Positions 38,252-49,706 of a stretch of 64,000 nt of DNA are shown one piece after another. The DNA comes from Burkholderiales bacterium (lineage in GTDB: Bacteria; Pseudomonadota; Gammaproteobacteria; Burkholderiales; SG8-39): assembly GCA_036555245.1 (NCBI GenBank), contig DATBLP010000008.1:5403-69402 (forward strand), written 5' to 3'. The notes under the pieces were generated by a model. The model ran no database searches and was not told the origin of the DNA. It saw only the letters and a list, made by a program, of their open reading frames with translations. The position numbers were made by a program, and so were the translations under genes. Position 1 is the first letter of the stretch, and each line of letters opens with the position of its first letter.

Positions 38252-41200
38252 ATGGACATGAACCGAAGACAGTTCTTCAAGGTCTGCGGCGCCGGGCTGA
38301 CGGGCTCGAGCCTGGCGATGATGGGGTTCTCGCCGCAGACCGTTCTCGCGCAGGTCCGAAACTTCAAGCTTGCCCGCACCACCGAAACCCGCAGCACCTG
38401 CCCGTACTGCTCGGTGAGCTGCGGAGTCATCATGTACACGCTCGGCGACAGCGCCAAGAACAACAAGGCGAGCATCATCCACATCGAGGGCGATCCCGAC
38501 CACCCGGTGAACCGGGGCACCCTCTGCCCGAAGGGCGCGGGGCTCCTCGACATGATCCAGAGCCCGAATCGCGTGAAGTATCCCGAGGTTCGCGAACCCG
38601 GCTCCAAGGAATGGAAGCGCATCAGCTGGGACCAAGCCTATACGCGCATCGCCAAGCGGATGAAGGAAGACCGCGACAAGAACTTCGTCGCCAAGAACGC
38701 CGCGGGCGTCACTGTGAACCGTTGGAACACCACGGGGTTTCTCGCGAGCAGCGCCGCGAGCAACGAGTCCGGATATCTCTCGGTCAAGGTCGCGCGCGGC
38801 CTTGGCATGGTGGCCTTAGATACCCAGGCCCGAATATGACACGCGCCGACGGTGTCCAGTCTGGGCCCGACATTCGGCAGAGGTGCGATGACCAACCACT
38901 GGGTCGATATCAAGAACACTGACCTGGTCCTCATCATGGGCGGCAACGCCGCCGAAGCTCACCCCTGTGGCTTTAAGTGGGTCACGGAGGCGATGCAGCA
39001 CCGCAAGGCGAAGCTGATCGTCGTCGATCCGCGCTTTACGCGCTCCGCCTCGATCGCGGACTTCTACGCGCCGGTGCGCGTCGGAACCGACGTGGCCTTC
39101 CTCGCTGGCGTCATCAACTACCTGCTCTCGAACAACAAGATCCACATCGAGTACGTCAAGAACTACACCAACGCGTCGTTCCTGGTGAACGAGAAGTTCG
39201 GCTTCGACAACGGCTTCTTCTCGGGCTACAACGACGAAAAGCGCAGCTACGACCGCAGCACCTGGACCTACCAGATGGGCAAGGACGGGTTCGCCATGGT
39301 CGACGAGACCCTGCAGAACCCGCACTGCGTGTTCCAGCTCATGAAGAAGCACTACTCGCGCTACACGCCCGAGCAGGTGTCCAAGGTCTGCGGCACGCCG
39401 AAGGAATCCTTCGTCAAGATCTGCGAAATGATCGGCGGGACATCGACGCCGGATCGCGTCATGACCATCATGTACGCGCTCGGCTGGACGCAGCACTCGG
39501 TCGGCTCGCAGAACATCCGCGGCATGGCGATGATTCAACTCCTGCTCGGCAACATGGGCCGGGCGGGCGGCGGGGTGAACGCGCTGCGCGGGCACGCCAA
39601 CGTGCAGGGTATCACCGACATGTGCCTGTACTCGGAAGTGCTGCCCGGCTACCTGGGCTCGCCGACCGACGCCGACCCGACGCGTGAGGTGTACTTGCAG
39701 AAGCGCACGCCGAAGCCGCTGCGGCCGAATCAGATGGCCTACCCGCAGAACTTCCCCAAGTGGCACACCAGCCTGATGAAGGCCTGGTGGGGGAACGCCG
39801 CCACCAAGGAGAACGACTTCGCGTACGACTACCTGCCGAAGAAGGATGGTGCGTACGACGTGCTCGACATCTTCGAGCGCATGTACCAGGGGAAGATGAA
39901 CGGCTTCATCTGCCAGGGCTTCAACCCGCTCGCGGCGATCCCCAATAAGAAAAAGATGGGCGTCGCGTTCTCCAAGCTGAAGTACCTCGTGATCATCGAT
40001 CCGCTGCACACCGAGACCGGGGAATTCTGGAAGAACTTCGGCGATTTCAACGACGTCGACAGCTCGAAAATCCAGACCGAGGTGTTCCGCCTGCCGGCGA
40101 GCTGCTTCGCCGAGGAGACCGGCTCCTTCACCAATTCGGGCCGCGTGATGCAGTGGCACGTGCGCGCCGTCGAGCCGCCCGGGGAAGGCAAGACCGACGC
40201 CGAGATCATGGCGAGCCTGTTCGTGCGCATCCGCGACCTCTACAAGGAGGACGGCGGCGCGGGGCCCGAACCGATCCTCAAGATGAACTGGCCGTACTCG
40301 AACCCGACCAATCCCGCGCCCGAGGAAGTGGCGCGCGAGTTCTCCGGCAGGGCGCTCGCGGACATCGTCGACCCCAAGGACAAGACCAAGGTTTTGGTCA
40401 AGGCGGGCGAACAACTGGCGGGCTTCGGGCTCCTGCAGGACGACGGCTCGACCACCTGCGGCAACTGGCTCTACTGCGGTTCGTGGTCGCAAGCGGGAAA
40501 CAACATGGCGCGGCGCGATCTGTCCGATCCGTCGGGTCTGGGCTATTACCCCGGCTGGGGCTATTCATGGCCGGCGAACCGGCGCGTCATGTACAACCGC
40601 GCCGGTGCCGATCCCTCGGGCAAGCCCTGGGATCCGAGCCGCAAGGGGATCGCCTGGGACGGCAGCAAATGGGCAGGGTTCGACGTTCCGGACATGCGCC
40701 CCGACGCAAAACCGGAGGAGCACGTCGGCCCGTTCATCATGACGCCGGAGGGCGTGGCGCGCCTCTTCGCGGTCGGTCTGATGGCCGAGGGCCCGTTCAC
40801 CGAGCACTACGAGCCCTTCGAGACGCCGATCGGCGTCAACCCGATGTGCCCGACGAATCCGAAAGCGGTGAGCAACCCGGCCGCGCGCGTGTTCAAGGGC
40901 GACATGGAGGTGTTCGGCAAGGCCAAGGAGTTCCCGTACGCGGCCACCACCTACCGGCTCACCGAGCACCACCACTTCTGGACCAAGAACTCCGAGGCCA
41001 ACGCCATCGTGCAGCCGGCGCAGTTCGTCGAGATCGGCGCTGACCTGGCGAAGGAGAAGGGCATCTCGAACGGCGAAATGATCAAGGTGCGCTCCAACCG
41101 CGGCGAGATCAAGGCGGTCGCGGTCGTGACCAAGCGCATCCATGCGCTCGAGTGCGACGGCAAGAAGGTGCATACCGTGGGCATCCCGATCCACTGGGGG

Positions 41201-41317
41201 TTCGTCGGCCTGGCCAAGAGCGGCTATCTATCGAATACGCTGACTCCGTACGTGGGCGACGCCAATTGCCAGACGCCGGAGTTCAAGGCGTTCCTGGTGA
41301 ACATCGAGAAAGCCTGA
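38252..41317 (+). CDS. fdnG: formate dehydrogenase-N/O type catalytic subunit, selenocysteine-containing (TGA 38837-38839 read as Sec)
   Basis: ORFs 38234..38839 and 38852..41317 are in one frame, separated only by TGA. The junction reads [36 protein letters not shown] 38252 lies 6 nt after GAGGAGG. Tat motif NRRQFFK. Confidence 0.9.
38840..38878 (+). promoter_or_regulatory. bacterial SECIS hairpin
   Basis: Lower stem is GCCGA(38845-49)/TCGGC(38874-78). Middle stem is CGG/CCG. Upper stem is GUCC/GGGC with loop AGUCU. The bulged U at +17 and the GU at +23/+24 from the UGA match the positions in the E. coli fdhF SECIS. Confidence 0.7.
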
Positions 41318-41327
41318 GGAGAGCGCC

Positions 41328-42206
41328 ATGACCATGCAATCATCTCTGGACATCCAGGCGCGCTCCGCCACCACCACGCCCTCGCCCAGCGTCCGGCACA
41401 ACGCGGAGGTCGCCAAGCTCATCGACGAGTCGAAATGCATCGGCTGCAAGGCCTGCCAGGTCGCGTGCATGGAGTGGAACGAGCTGCGCGGCGATATCGG
41501 CAGCAACGTTGGTGTCTACGACAATCCGGCGGACCTCGATGCTAACACCTGGACGCTGATGCGCTTCGCCGAGGTCGAGGGCCAGACGGAAGGCCTCCCG
41601 TTCCAGTGGCTGATCCGCAAGGACGGCTGCATGCACTGCGCCGAACCCGGCTGCTTGAAGGCCTGCCCGTCGCCGGGAGCGATCGTGCAGTACTCCAACG
41701 GGATCGTCGACTTCAAGCAGGAAAACTGCATCGGCTGCGGTAACTGCATCACCGGCTGCCCGTTCAACATCCCGCGCATCTCGAAGAAGGACCACAAGGC
41801 CTACAAGTGCACGCTGTGCTCGGACCGCGTCTCGGTGGGCCTGGAGCCCGCGTGCGTCAAGACCTGCCCGACCGGCGCGATCACCTTCGGCAGCAAGGAA
41901 GACATGGTCCACTACGCCGAGACGCGGGTCGGCGAGCTGAAGGAGCGCGGCTTCCGGAAAGCGGCCCTGTACGACCCGGCGGGCGTGGGCGGCACCCATG
42001 TCATGTACGTGCTCAAGCACGGCGACCAGCCCGAGCTCTACAGCGGCCTGCCGAAGGATCCCACGGTGAGCCCGATGGTGAGCGTATGGAAGGGGGCGTT
42101 CAAGCCGCTCGCGCTGTTCGGCATCGGCTTCACGGCGCTCGCGGGCTTCTTCCACTACGTCACGGTCGGGCCGAACGAAGTCGAAGAAGACGAAGCGGTG
42201 AAGTAG
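41328..42206 (+). CDS. fdnH: formate dehydrogenase-N/O iron-sulfur subunit
   Basis: ORF 41328..42206. Motifs [32 protein letters not shown] and CTLC, plus a C-terminal TM anchor. Confidence 0.9.
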   Translation: MTMQSSLDIQARSATTTPSPSVRHNAEVAKLIDESKCIGCKACQVACMEWNELRGDIGSNVGVYDNPADLDANTWTLMRFAEVEGQTEGLPFQWLIRKDGCMHCAEPGCLKACPSPGAIVQYSNGIVDFKQENCIGCGNCITGCPFNIPRISKKDHKAYKCTLCSDRVSVGLEPACVKTCPTGAITFGSKEDMVHYAETRVGELKERGFRKAALYDPAGVGGTHVMYVLKHGDQPELYSGLPKDPTVSPMVSVWKGAFKPLALFGIGFTALAGFFHYVTVGPNEVEEDEAVK

Positions 42207-42225
42207 GAGCGCGGAGGGGACACCT

Positions 42226-42834
42226 ATGAAATACCTGCAACGCTATACCGAAGGGGAGCGCAGCCTGCACTGGGCGGTCGCCCTGCTCTTCATCCTCGCG
42301 GCCCTTTCGGGTTTTGCGTTCTTCCATCCATCGCTGTTCTGGCTCGTGAATTTCTTCGGCGGTGGACCGTGGACGCGCATCCTGCATCCGTTCCTTGGAA
42401 TCGCCATGGCGCTGGCGTTTGCCTATATGGCATGGCAATTCTGGGAGCACAACAAGCTGAGCCCGCAAGACTCCAATTGGCTCAAACAGTGGCGTGACGT
42501 GATCGGCAATCGCGAAGACAGGTTGCCCGAGGCCGGGAAGTACAACGCGGGGCAGAAGGTCTTGTTCTGGGTCTTGATTGTCTGCCTTGCGACGCTTGTG
42601 CTGACCGGGATCGTCTACTGGCGCTCCATGTTTCCGGACTTTCCGGTGTGGCTGGTGAGGCTCGCGTCCCTCCTGCACGCGCTCGCCGCCACCGTCCTGG
42701 TCATCGCGATAATCGTGCACAGCTACGCGGCATTCTGGGTGAAGGGTTCGCTCCGGGCGATGCTCCGCGGCACTGTTTCCGAAGCCTGGGCGAAAAAGCA
42801 TCATCCCGCCTGGCACCGGGAGATGAACCGCTAG
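42226..42834 (+). CDS. fdnI: formate dehydrogenase-N/O cytochrome b556 subunit
   Basis: ORF 42226..42834. Four TM helices. Begins YLQRYTEGERSLHW, similar to FdnI/FdoI. Confidence 0.9.
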   Translation: MKYLQRYTEGERSLHWAVALLFILAALSGFAFFHPSLFWLVNFFGGGPWTRILHPFLGIAMALAFAYMAWQFWEHNKLSPQDSNWLKQWRDVIGNREDRLPEAGKYNAGQKVLFWVLIVCLATLVLTGIVYWRSMFPDFPVWLVRLASLLHALAATVLVIAIIVHSYAAFWVKGSLRAMLRGTVSEAWAKKHHPAWHREMNR

Positions 42835-42894
42835 GCCGGCTCCCCTGCTGACTTCCCGTCTCGCACGAGGCGGGACCGTTGCGCGTGACGCACG

Positions 42895-43821
42895 ATGACC
42901 CAGAGAATCCTCGAACCTCACGAAATCCAGGCGCGTCCGGCGTCTGAGATACCGTTCATCCGGCTGCCGCAGCGCCGGTCGTTGTTCGCCGACCGCGCCG
43001 CGCGCCTCGAGCATCTTGCCCAGGGGCACGCGATGCAGGACTACCTGGGCTTCATCGCCAAGGTGGCGCGCGCGCAGGACCGGATGCTCGCCGAGATTCC
43101 GGCCCTCGCGCTGCCTCCGGCCGAGCTGCTGGCGCAGTCGCGCGAGCACGGCATGCCGCCCCTGAATCCGCATTCCGTGCGAAGAGACCCGCTGTGGTGC
43201 GACGCGCTCCGGAGGATGCTCCGCAATCTCGAGCCGCAGGTCGAGGGCGCGGCGAAAAGCGTGATCAAGCGGCTCGACGCCGAGCGCGACGAGTTCTACG
43301 AGGCACAGGCGAGCAAGCTGCTCGCCGGGATCACACTTGGGCTTGACCTCGCCACGGCCCCGCTGATCGGAGCCGGCTTGCAGACGTACTGGGTGCACTT
43401 GGTCACCGCGTTGGGCGCCGGGGCATTCGCTCCCATCGACGCACCCAGCGTCTGCCCGGCGTGCGGATCGCGGCCCGTCGCCAGCGTCACGCGCAGCGGT
43501 GGGCCGGAGAACGGCCAGCGCTTCCTGCATTGCTCGCTGTGCTCGACCGAGTGGCACATGGTCCGGATCAAGTGCAGCAGCTGCGAATCGACCAAGGGGA
43601 TCGAGTACCTCGTGGTCGAGGGGGGAACGGAGGCGGTTAAGGCCGAGACCTGCAACGAGTGCGGCACCTATCTGAAGATCCTGTACATGGAGCACGACCC
43701 CCAGGTCGAAGCCACCGCCGACGATCTGGCGAGCATCGCACTTGACCTCCTGGTCGCGGATACCGGCAAGCTTCGCAGCGGCCAGAACCTCATGCTCATC
43801 CACGGCGACTCGGAAGAATAG
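42895..43821 (+). CDS. fdhE: formate dehydrogenase accessory protein FdhE
   Basis: ORF 42895..43821. Paired CxxC motifs (CPACGS, CSLCSTEW, CSSCES, CNECGTYLK). Confidence 0.9.
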   Translation: MTQRILEPHEIQARPASEIPFIRLPQRRSLFADRAARLEHLAQGHAMQDYLGFIAKVARAQDRMLAEIPALALPPAELLAQSREHGMPPLNPHSVRRDPLWCDALRRMLRNLEPQVEGAAKSVIKRLDAERDEFYEAQASKLLAGITLGLDLATAPLIGAGLQTYWVHLVTALGAGAFAPIDAPSVCPACGSRPVASVTRSGGPENGQRFLHCSLCSTEWHMVRIKCSSCESTKGIEYLVVEGGTEAVKAETCNECGTYLKILYMEHDPQVEATADDLASIALDLLVADTGKLRSGQNLMLIHGDSEE

Positions 43822-43833
43822 CCCCGCCGCCCC

Positions 43834-45255
43834 GTGTCTATCGTGAATAGCGCGAGCGCAGAACTGTCGAAACTGCCGTCGGTCGACCGCGTGCTCGGCT
43901 TTCCCGCGGTGCGCCGCCTGGTCGACGCGCACGGCCGCGCTCCGGTCACGCAGGCCGTGCGCGATCTTCTCGCCAACCTGCGCGGGCGCGCAAACGGAGA
44001 AATCGGCGCGGGAGAAATCGGCGAAGCCGTGCTCTGCGCGCGGCTCGAGCAAAGCCTGGTCGCGCGCGCCCGGATGAATCTGCGCCCGGTGTTTAACCTC
44101 ACGGGGACCGTTCTTCATACCAACCTCGGCCGCGCCTTGCTGCCCGAGGAGGCCATCGAAGCGGTGCTCACCGCGATGAGATGGCCTGCGACCCTCGAAT
44201 ACGACGTGGAAGACGGCGGGAGAGGCGACCGCGACAAGATCGTCGAGGCGCTGCTCTGCGGCCTGACCGGCGCGGAGGCGGCGACCGTGGTCAACAACAA
44301 CGCGGCCGCCGTGTTCCTCCTGCTCAATACGCTCGCGCTCAGGAAGGAAGTCGTGGTCTCGCGCGGCGAGCTGATCGAGATCGGCGGGGCGTTCCGGCTG
44401 CCCGATATCATGCGTCGCGCCGGCGCGAAGCTGGTCGAGATCGGCACGACCAACCGCACCCATCCGAAGGACTACGCCGAGGCGATCGGGCCGCGCACCG
44501 CGATGCTCCTGAAGGTGCACTGGAGCAACTACGCGATCTCGGGATTCACTTCGGTCGTTCCGGAGAAGGAGCTCGCGGCGATCGCGCGGTCACGGAATCT
44601 TCCCTGCGTCGTCGACCTGGGCAGTGGGACGCTCGTCGACCTGACGCGCTACGGACTGCCCAAGGAGCCCACGGCGGGCGAAGCGATCGCGAACGGCGTA
44701 GATCTGGTTGCTTTCAGCGGAGACAAGCTGCTCGGCGGCCCCCAAGCGGGCATCCTCGTTGGCCGCAAGGATCTCGTGCAGAGCATCAAGAAGAACCCCC
44801 TCAAGCGCGCTCTGCGGGTCGGCAAGATCACGCTTGCGGCGCTGGAAGCCGTCCTGCGCCTGTATCACGACCCCGACCGGCTGGCGGCCCGGCTGACCAC
44901 GCTTCGCCTGCTGACGCGCGAGGCCAGGGACATCGCCGCACAAGCCGATCGGCTGTTACCCGAACTCTCACGCGCGCTCGCCGGGCGCGCGACCGTTGCA
45001 GTCGAGCCGATGAAGAGCCAGATCGGCAGCGGCGCCTTGCCCGTCGACGTGCTTCCCAGCGCGGGATTCGCCATTCGTCCCCTCGCGGGGGTCGGGCGGG
45101 GCCGGGCCCTGGCGAAGATCGAGGCCGCGTTCCGCGCGCTGCCGATCCCGGTGATCGGATTCACGCGCGACGACGCCTTCCGGCTCGACCTGCGCTGTCT
45201 TCAGGACGAGCAGGCTTTCGTCGCGCAGATTCCCTCGCTGAAGGTCCCCGCGTGA
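43834..45255 (+). CDS. selA: L-seryl-tRNA(Sec) selenium transferase
   Basis: ORF 43834..45255. Motifs [27 protein letters not shown] (PLP lysine) and SQIGSGALP. Confidence 0.95.
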   Translation: MSIVNSASAELSKLPSVDRVLGFPAVRRLVDAHGRAPVTQAVRDLLANLRGRANGEIGAGEIGEAVLCARLEQSLVARARMNLRPVFNLTGTVLHTNLGRALLPEEAIEAVLTAMRWPATLEYDVEDGGRGDRDKIVEALLCGLTGAEAATVVNNNAAAVFLLLNTLALRKEVVVSRGELIEIGGAFRLPDIMRRAGAKLVEIGTTNRTHPKDYAEAIGPRTAMLLKVHWSNYAISGFTSVVPEKELAAIARSRNLPCVVDLGSGTLVDLTRYGLPKEPTAGEAIANGVDLVAFSGDKLLGGPQAGILVGRKDLVQSIKKNPLKRALRVGKITLAALEAVLRLYHDPDRLAARLTTLRLLTREARDIAAQADRLLPELSRALAGRATVAVEPMKSQIGSGALPVDVLPSAGFAIRPLAGVGRGRALAKIEAAFRALPIPVIGFTRDDAFRLDLRCLQDEQAFVAQIPSLKVPA

Positions 45256-47192
45256 TCATCGGCACCGCTGGCCACATCGACCACGGCAAGACGACGCTGG
45301 TGAAGGCGCTGACCGGCGTCGATACCGACCGCCTGAAGGAGGAGAAGGCGCGCGGCATCTCGATCGAGCTGGGGTACGCCTATTTGCCGCTGGAAAGCGG
45401 CGAGGTGCTCGGCTTCGTCGACGTCCCCGGACACGAGCGCTTCATCCACCACATGCTCGCCGGCGCGACCGGAATCGATTTCGCGCTCCTCGTGGTGGCC
45501 GCGGACGACGGGGTGATGCCGCAGACGCTGGAACACCTGGAGATCCTGACCCTGCTCGGGATCGCCCGCGGCGCCGTCGCGCTGACCAAGATCGACCGCG
45601 CCGGCCCGGAGCGCTCCGAGGAAGTCGCCGGCGCGGTGACGGCGCTCATCGCAAGGACGCCGCTCGCGGGCGTGCCGGTGTTCAAGGTGTCCGCGGTCAG
45701 CGGAGAAGGTATCGGGACGCTGCTCGATCATCTTCGCTCCCAAGCCGCCGCGTTCACGCGCCGCGCGGCGCAAGGCCTGTTCCGCCTCGCGGTGGACCGC
45801 TGCTTCACGCTGGCCGGGGCGGGGACCGTGGTGACCGGCACCGTGTTCGCGGGCGGCGTGCGCATCGGCGACGAGCTCCTCGTTTCTCCCTCCGGACGGG
45901 AGGTCCGCGTGCGCAGCATACACGCGCAAAACCGCGCGGCGCGGGAGGCGCGGGCTGGCGACCGCTGCGCCCTGAACCTCGCGGGCGTGGCAAAGGACGA
46001 GGTCGAGCGCGGCGAGTGGATCGTGTCGCCCGCGCTGCACGCGCCGAGCCCGCGCATCGACGCGAAGATACGGCTGCTGCCCGGCGCTTCGCGCGGCCTC
46101 AGACACTGGGCGCCGGTGCACGTGCATGTCGGGGCGGCGCACCTGACGGGGCGCGTGGCCCTGCTCGATGCGGACGAGGTGCCGCCGGGCGGATCGGCCC
46201 TGGCGCAGGTGGTGCTCGAAGAGCCGCATTGCACCTGCCACGGCGATATCTTCGTGTTGCGCAACCATGCTGCCGACCAGACGATCGGCGGCGGCATTGT
46301 CCTCGATCCGGACGCTCCGGCGCGCAGGCGACGCTCGAAGGAGCGGCTCGCCGTGCTCGCGGCGCTCGAATCGACCGAGCCCCTCGCTGTGCTCGAGGCC
46401 TTGCTCACGGGCGCGCCCTTCGGAGTCGACTTGCTTCGCTTCGCGCGCAGCTTCAACTTGTCAGTCGATGCGCTTACCGTACCCGGCGATACGATGCGCC
46501 GGGTCAGAACCACCGGAGCGGATATCGGCTTCTCGCCGTCGCGGTGGTCGGACCTGAAGGGGAAGATCTGTGACGGTCTCGCCGCGTTCCACGCGAAGCA
46601 TCCCGACGAGCTGGGGCCGGACGCGGGCCGCGCGCGCAGGATGTGGCTGCCCCAGCTTTCCCCGGCCACCTGCGCGGCCGTTGTCGACGCGCTGGTGGGG
46701 GAGGCGAAGGTGAGCCGCAGCGGCCCCTGGCTCCATCTCCCGACCCACAGCGTGAGCCTCTCCAACGCGGAGCAGCAGCTCGCCGAGCGCCTGCTTCCCC
46801 TGGTGGAGGAAGGCCGTTTCGACCCGCTTTGGGTGCGCGATCTCGCCCGCAAGGCCGCCTCGACCGAGGTCCAGGTGCGGCAGCTGCTCCTCAGACTCAC
46901 GCGGCGCGGCGAGGTGTACCAGGTGGTGAAGGACCTGTTCTACTCGAAGCGTTCAGTGGCGGAGCTGGCGGCGCTGGCCGCGGAGCTCGAGCGCGCCGAC
47001 GGCGAGGTGCGCGCCGCGGTCTTCCGCGACCGCACGGGTCTCGGACGCAAGCGCGCCATCCAGATCCTGGAGTTCTTCGACCGCGTCGGCTACACGCGCC
47101 GCGTGAAGGAGGCGCACCGCTTGCGCGGCGACAACCTGCTGCAGATCGCGCCAACCGCCCCCGCGCAGCCGCAGGCGGGCACGGGACGATGA
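45252..47192 (+). CDS. selB: selenocysteine-specific elongation factor
   Basis: Inside ORF 44181..47192. GTG 45252 overlaps the selA stop (GTGA). Motifs [21 protein letters not shown] and TKID, with winged-helix C-terminal repeats. Confidence 0.9.
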   Translation: MIIGTAGHIDHGKTTLVKALTGVDTDRLKEEKARGISIELGYAYLPLESGEVLGFVDVPGHERFIHHMLAGATGIDFALLVVAADDGVMPQTLEHLEILTLLGIARGAVALTKIDRAGPERSEEVAGAVTALIARTPLAGVPVFKVSAVSGEGIGTLLDHLRSQAAAFTRRAAQGLFRLAVDRCFTLAGAGTVVTGTVFAGGVRIGDELLVSPSGREVRVRSIHAQNRAAREARAGDRCALNLAGVAKDEVERGEWIVSPALHAPSPRIDAKIRLLPGASRGLRHWAPVHVHVGAAHLTGRVALLDADEVPPGGSALAQVVLEEPHCTCHGDIFVLRNHAADQTIGGGIVLDPDAPARRRRSKERLAVLAALESTEPLAVLEALLTGAPFGVDLLRFARSFNLSVDALTVPGDTMRRVRTTGADIGFSPSRWSDLKGKICDGLAAFHAKHPDELGPDAGRARRMWLPQLSPATCAAVVDALVGEAKVSRSGPWLHLPTHSVSLSNAEQQLAERLLPLVEEGRFDPLWVRDLARKAASTEVQVRQLLLRLTRRGEVYQVVKDLFYSKRSVAELAALAAELERADGEVRAAVFRDRTGLGRKRAIQILEFFDRVGYTRRVKEAHRLRGDNLLQIAPTAPAQPQAGTGR

Positions 47193-47198
47193 GACGCC

Positions 47199-48386
47199 AT
47201 GGGCAGCGCAGGCCGCAAGAAGTCCGTCTGGCGAACGATCCACCGCGGGCTGGGCATCGGCCTGGGGGTGTGGTTCGCGCTGGTCGGGATCACGGGCAGT
47301 ATCCTGGTTTACGAGGATCCGATCGACGCCTGGCTCAACCCGGGGCTGCTGGTCGATCGGCACGAGGGCCCATGGCTCCGGCCGCACGAGATCCTGGAGC
47401 GCGCCGACCGGGAGTATCCGCACGCGCGCATCGAGCGACTGCGCCTGCCGGCCGCCCGCGGCGAGGTGTACCGGCTGCAGCTGATCGCTGCTCCCAGCAG
47501 GCGCAGCGAATCGCCGCGCATCGAGGCTACGTTCAGCCCGGTCACCGGGGAGTTGCTCGGCAACCGGGAGACCGAGTCTCTCGCGTTCTCGGCGCCCCAT
47601 CTGCTCAAGACGGTCTACGAATTCCATCGCAACGTCCTGCTGGGCGCGGCCGGATCGAACATCGTCGGCGTCGCAGGGCTCCTGATGCTGACCTCGGTCG
47701 TGACCGGGCTCGCGGTCGCTTGGCCGCGGTCCCGATCCGGGTGGAGGCAGGTGGTATCGGTCAAGCTGCGCGCGGGCGGGACGCGCGTCCTTTTCGATTT
47801 TCACCGGTCGACGGGCAGCGTGCTGTTCGCGCTGGTCCTCGTCTCGACGGTCACTGGAAGCACGCTCGTATACATCAACTACGTGCGCGAGATCGTCGGC
47901 GTGTTCTCCAGCGTCGATGCCTTTCCGACGATACCCTGGCGGCGTATCCCCTACGACCAGTGGCCCGAGTTCCGGGAGATCGTGAAGAACGTCAGGGACG
48001 CGTACCCGAGCCGGGCCGTCGCCGAGATCCACATTCCCTCGCAGCCTGCGGCGGGCTATCTGTTCTACCTGCGCGGGCCGGCCGACGTGCACCGGCTCGG
48101 CGACACCATCGTGTGGGTGCATCCGGCGACAGGCGAGATACTTATCGAGCGCAGCGACCGCAACCGCACTCGCGGCGAAACGCTGATGCACTGGCTGTTT
48201 CCGCTGCACAGCGGCTCGGCGTTCGGCCGCTACGGAATGGTCGCGATGTGCCTTGCCGGGGTGCTGCCGGTATTCCTGGCGCTCACCGGGCTGTGGGTGT
48301 GGCTGCAGAAGCGCTGCGCCGAGAAATTCGAGTCCAGGAGGTCCGCGCGGCTGCAGACGGAGTTCGCCGCCCGGGCGAAGGGGTGA
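47199..48386 (+). CDS. PepSY-associated TM-helix membrane protein
   Basis: ORF 47199..48386. Has the typical WRTIHRGLGIGLGVWFALVGITG start, the motif YEFHRNVLLG, and the C-terminal motif HWLFPLHSG. Confidence 0.8.
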   Translation: MGSAGRKKSVWRTIHRGLGIGLGVWFALVGITGSILVYEDPIDAWLNPGLLVDRHEGPWLRPHEILERADREYPHARIERLRLPAARGEVYRLQLIAAPSRRSESPRIEATFSPVTGELLGNRETESLAFSAPHLLKTVYEFHRNVLLGAAGSNIVGVAGLLMLTSVVTGLAVAWPRSRSGWRQVVSVKLRAGGTRVLFDFHRSTGSVLFALVLVSTVTGSTLVYINYVREIVGVFSSVDAFPTIPWRRIPYDQWPEFREIVKNVRDAYPSRAVAEIHIPSQPAAGYLFYLRGPADVHRLGDTIVWVHPATGEILIERSDRNRTRGETLMHWLFPLHSGSAFGRYGMVAMCLAGVLPVFLALTGLWVWLQKRCAEKFESRRSARLQTEFAARAKG

Positions 48387-48396
48387 AGATCACAAC

Positions 48397-48493
48397 GGAA
48401 GGGATTCGCCTCCGGTGGGGCGGCCGGGCTTCAAACCCGGGTAAGGGGCGTCAGACGTTCCTTGGTGGGTTCGACTCCCGCTCTCTTCCGCCA
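48397..48493 (+). tRNA. selC: tRNA-Sec (anticodon TCA)
   Basis: 97 nt running from GGAAGGGA to TCTCTTCC-G-CCA. It has an 8-bp acceptor stem and a 6-bp D stem (CGCCTC/GGGGCG) with a 4-nt loop. The anticodon loop is CTTCAAA. It has a long variable arm and T loop TTCGACT. Closely parallels E. coli selC. Confidence 0.9.
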
Positions 48494-48583
48494 CCTATTT
48501 CGCTGAGATGTCCTTTCGGAAGGGCGTCTCGGTATTGTCGCCAGGATGGCGCTTGATACCAGTTCAACATCGAGGAGGTGTAC

Positions 48584-49687
48584 ATGCAACGAAGAAATTT
48601 CCTTCAAACCGCCGGTGCGCTCTCGGCTGCCGCGCTCTTGCCTGGGGCCGCGTTCGCGCAACAGCTGCCCTTCGAGCCGCGTCGTGCAGAGAAATGGCGA
48701 ACGTTCGAAGTGACCACGCGCGTCGAGATCGTGTTCCCGGAAGGCGCCACCCGCGTGTGGCTGCCGGTGCCGTCGGTCAACTCCGTCTATCAGAAGACCA
48801 TCGACAACGCCTGGACGGGCAACGCGGCTGGTGCGCAAATCCTCCACGATGGTAAGTACGGCGCGGGCCTCTTCTACGCGGAGTGGCCAGCGGCGGAGAA
48901 GAATCCGGTAGTGGAGCTGCATAGCCGCTTCGCCACGCGCGACCACGCTGTTGACCTGTCCGCGCCCGCGCTGTCCACGATGAGGCTGAGCGCCCCGGAG
49001 CGCGCGTTCTACCTGGAGTCGACCGAGCACATGCCGACCGACGGCATCGTGAAGAAGACTGCGCGGGAGGTCACGCGCGGGGCGAAATCCGACCACGACA
49101 AGGCCCGGGCGGTCTACGAATGGATCGTCGACAACACCTTCCGCGATCCGAAGACCCGCGGCTGCGGGGTGGGGGACATCAAGACGATGCTCGAGACCGG
49201 CAACCTCGGGGGCAAATGCGCGGACATCAACGCTCTCTATGTGGGCTTGGCGCGGGCGGCCGGTCTGCCGGCTCGCGACGTGTACGGCGTGCGCGTGGCG
49301 AAGTCCCAGTTCGGCTACAGGAGCCTGGGTGCCGGCACGGCGAACATCACGCGTGCGCAGCATTGCCGTGCCGAGGTCTTCCTCACCGGGTATGGCTGGG
49401 TGCCAGTCGATCCGGCCGACGTGAGGAAGGTCGTCCTGGAAGAGAAACCACAGCCGACGACGCTCTCCGATCCGTTGGTGCAGGCAGTGCGGCCTAAACT
49501 CTTCGGTGCGTGGGAGATGAACTGGCTCGCCTTCAACACCGCGAACGACATCGTGCTCCCGCATGCGAAGAACGGAAAGATCACTTTCTTCATGTATCCG
49601 CAGGGGGAAACTGCTGCGGGCCGGGTGGACAGCCTCGATCCGGACAATTTCAAGTACACGATGACGGCGAGGGAGCTGGGTGCCTGA
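48584..49687 (+). CDS. Tat-exported transglutaminase-like (Cys-His-Asp) protein
   Basis: ORF 48578..49687. ATG 48584 lies 5 nt after GAGGAGG. Tat motif QRRNFLQTAG. Catalytic-type residues GKCADI, QHCRAEVF and VPVDPAD. Confidence 0.8.
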   Translation: MQRRNFLQTAGALSAAALLPGAAFAQQLPFEPRRAEKWRTFEVTTRVEIVFPEGATRVWLPVPSVNSVYQKTIDNAWTGNAAGAQILHDGKYGAGLFYAEWPAAEKNPVVELHSRFATRDHAVDLSAPALSTMRLSAPERAFYLESTEHMPTDGIVKKTAREVTRGAKSDHDKARAVYEWIVDNTFRDPKTRGCGVGDIKTMLETGNLGGKCADINALYVGLARAAGLPARDVYGVRVAKSQFGYRSLGAGTANITRAQHCRAEVFLTGYGWVPVDPADVRKVVLEEKPQPTTLSDPLVQAVRPKLFGAWEMNWLAFNTANDIVLPHAKNGKITFFMYPQGETAAGRVDSLDPDNFKYTMTARELGA

Positions 49688-49706
49688 GCGGCATGGCAAG
49701 GCCGAC

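Noticed and set aside
42160-44520. 786-aa minus-strand ORF
   Set aside because: It is antisense to fdnI, fdhE and selA, all of which have clear motifs. Its composition is Arg/Gly/Pro-rich. I treat it as a high-GC artefact.
44181-45251. 357-codon N-terminal extension of the selB ORF
   Set aside because: The extension overlaps selA in another frame and is Arg-rich nonsense. The G-domain begins right at GTG 45252, which overlaps the selA stop.
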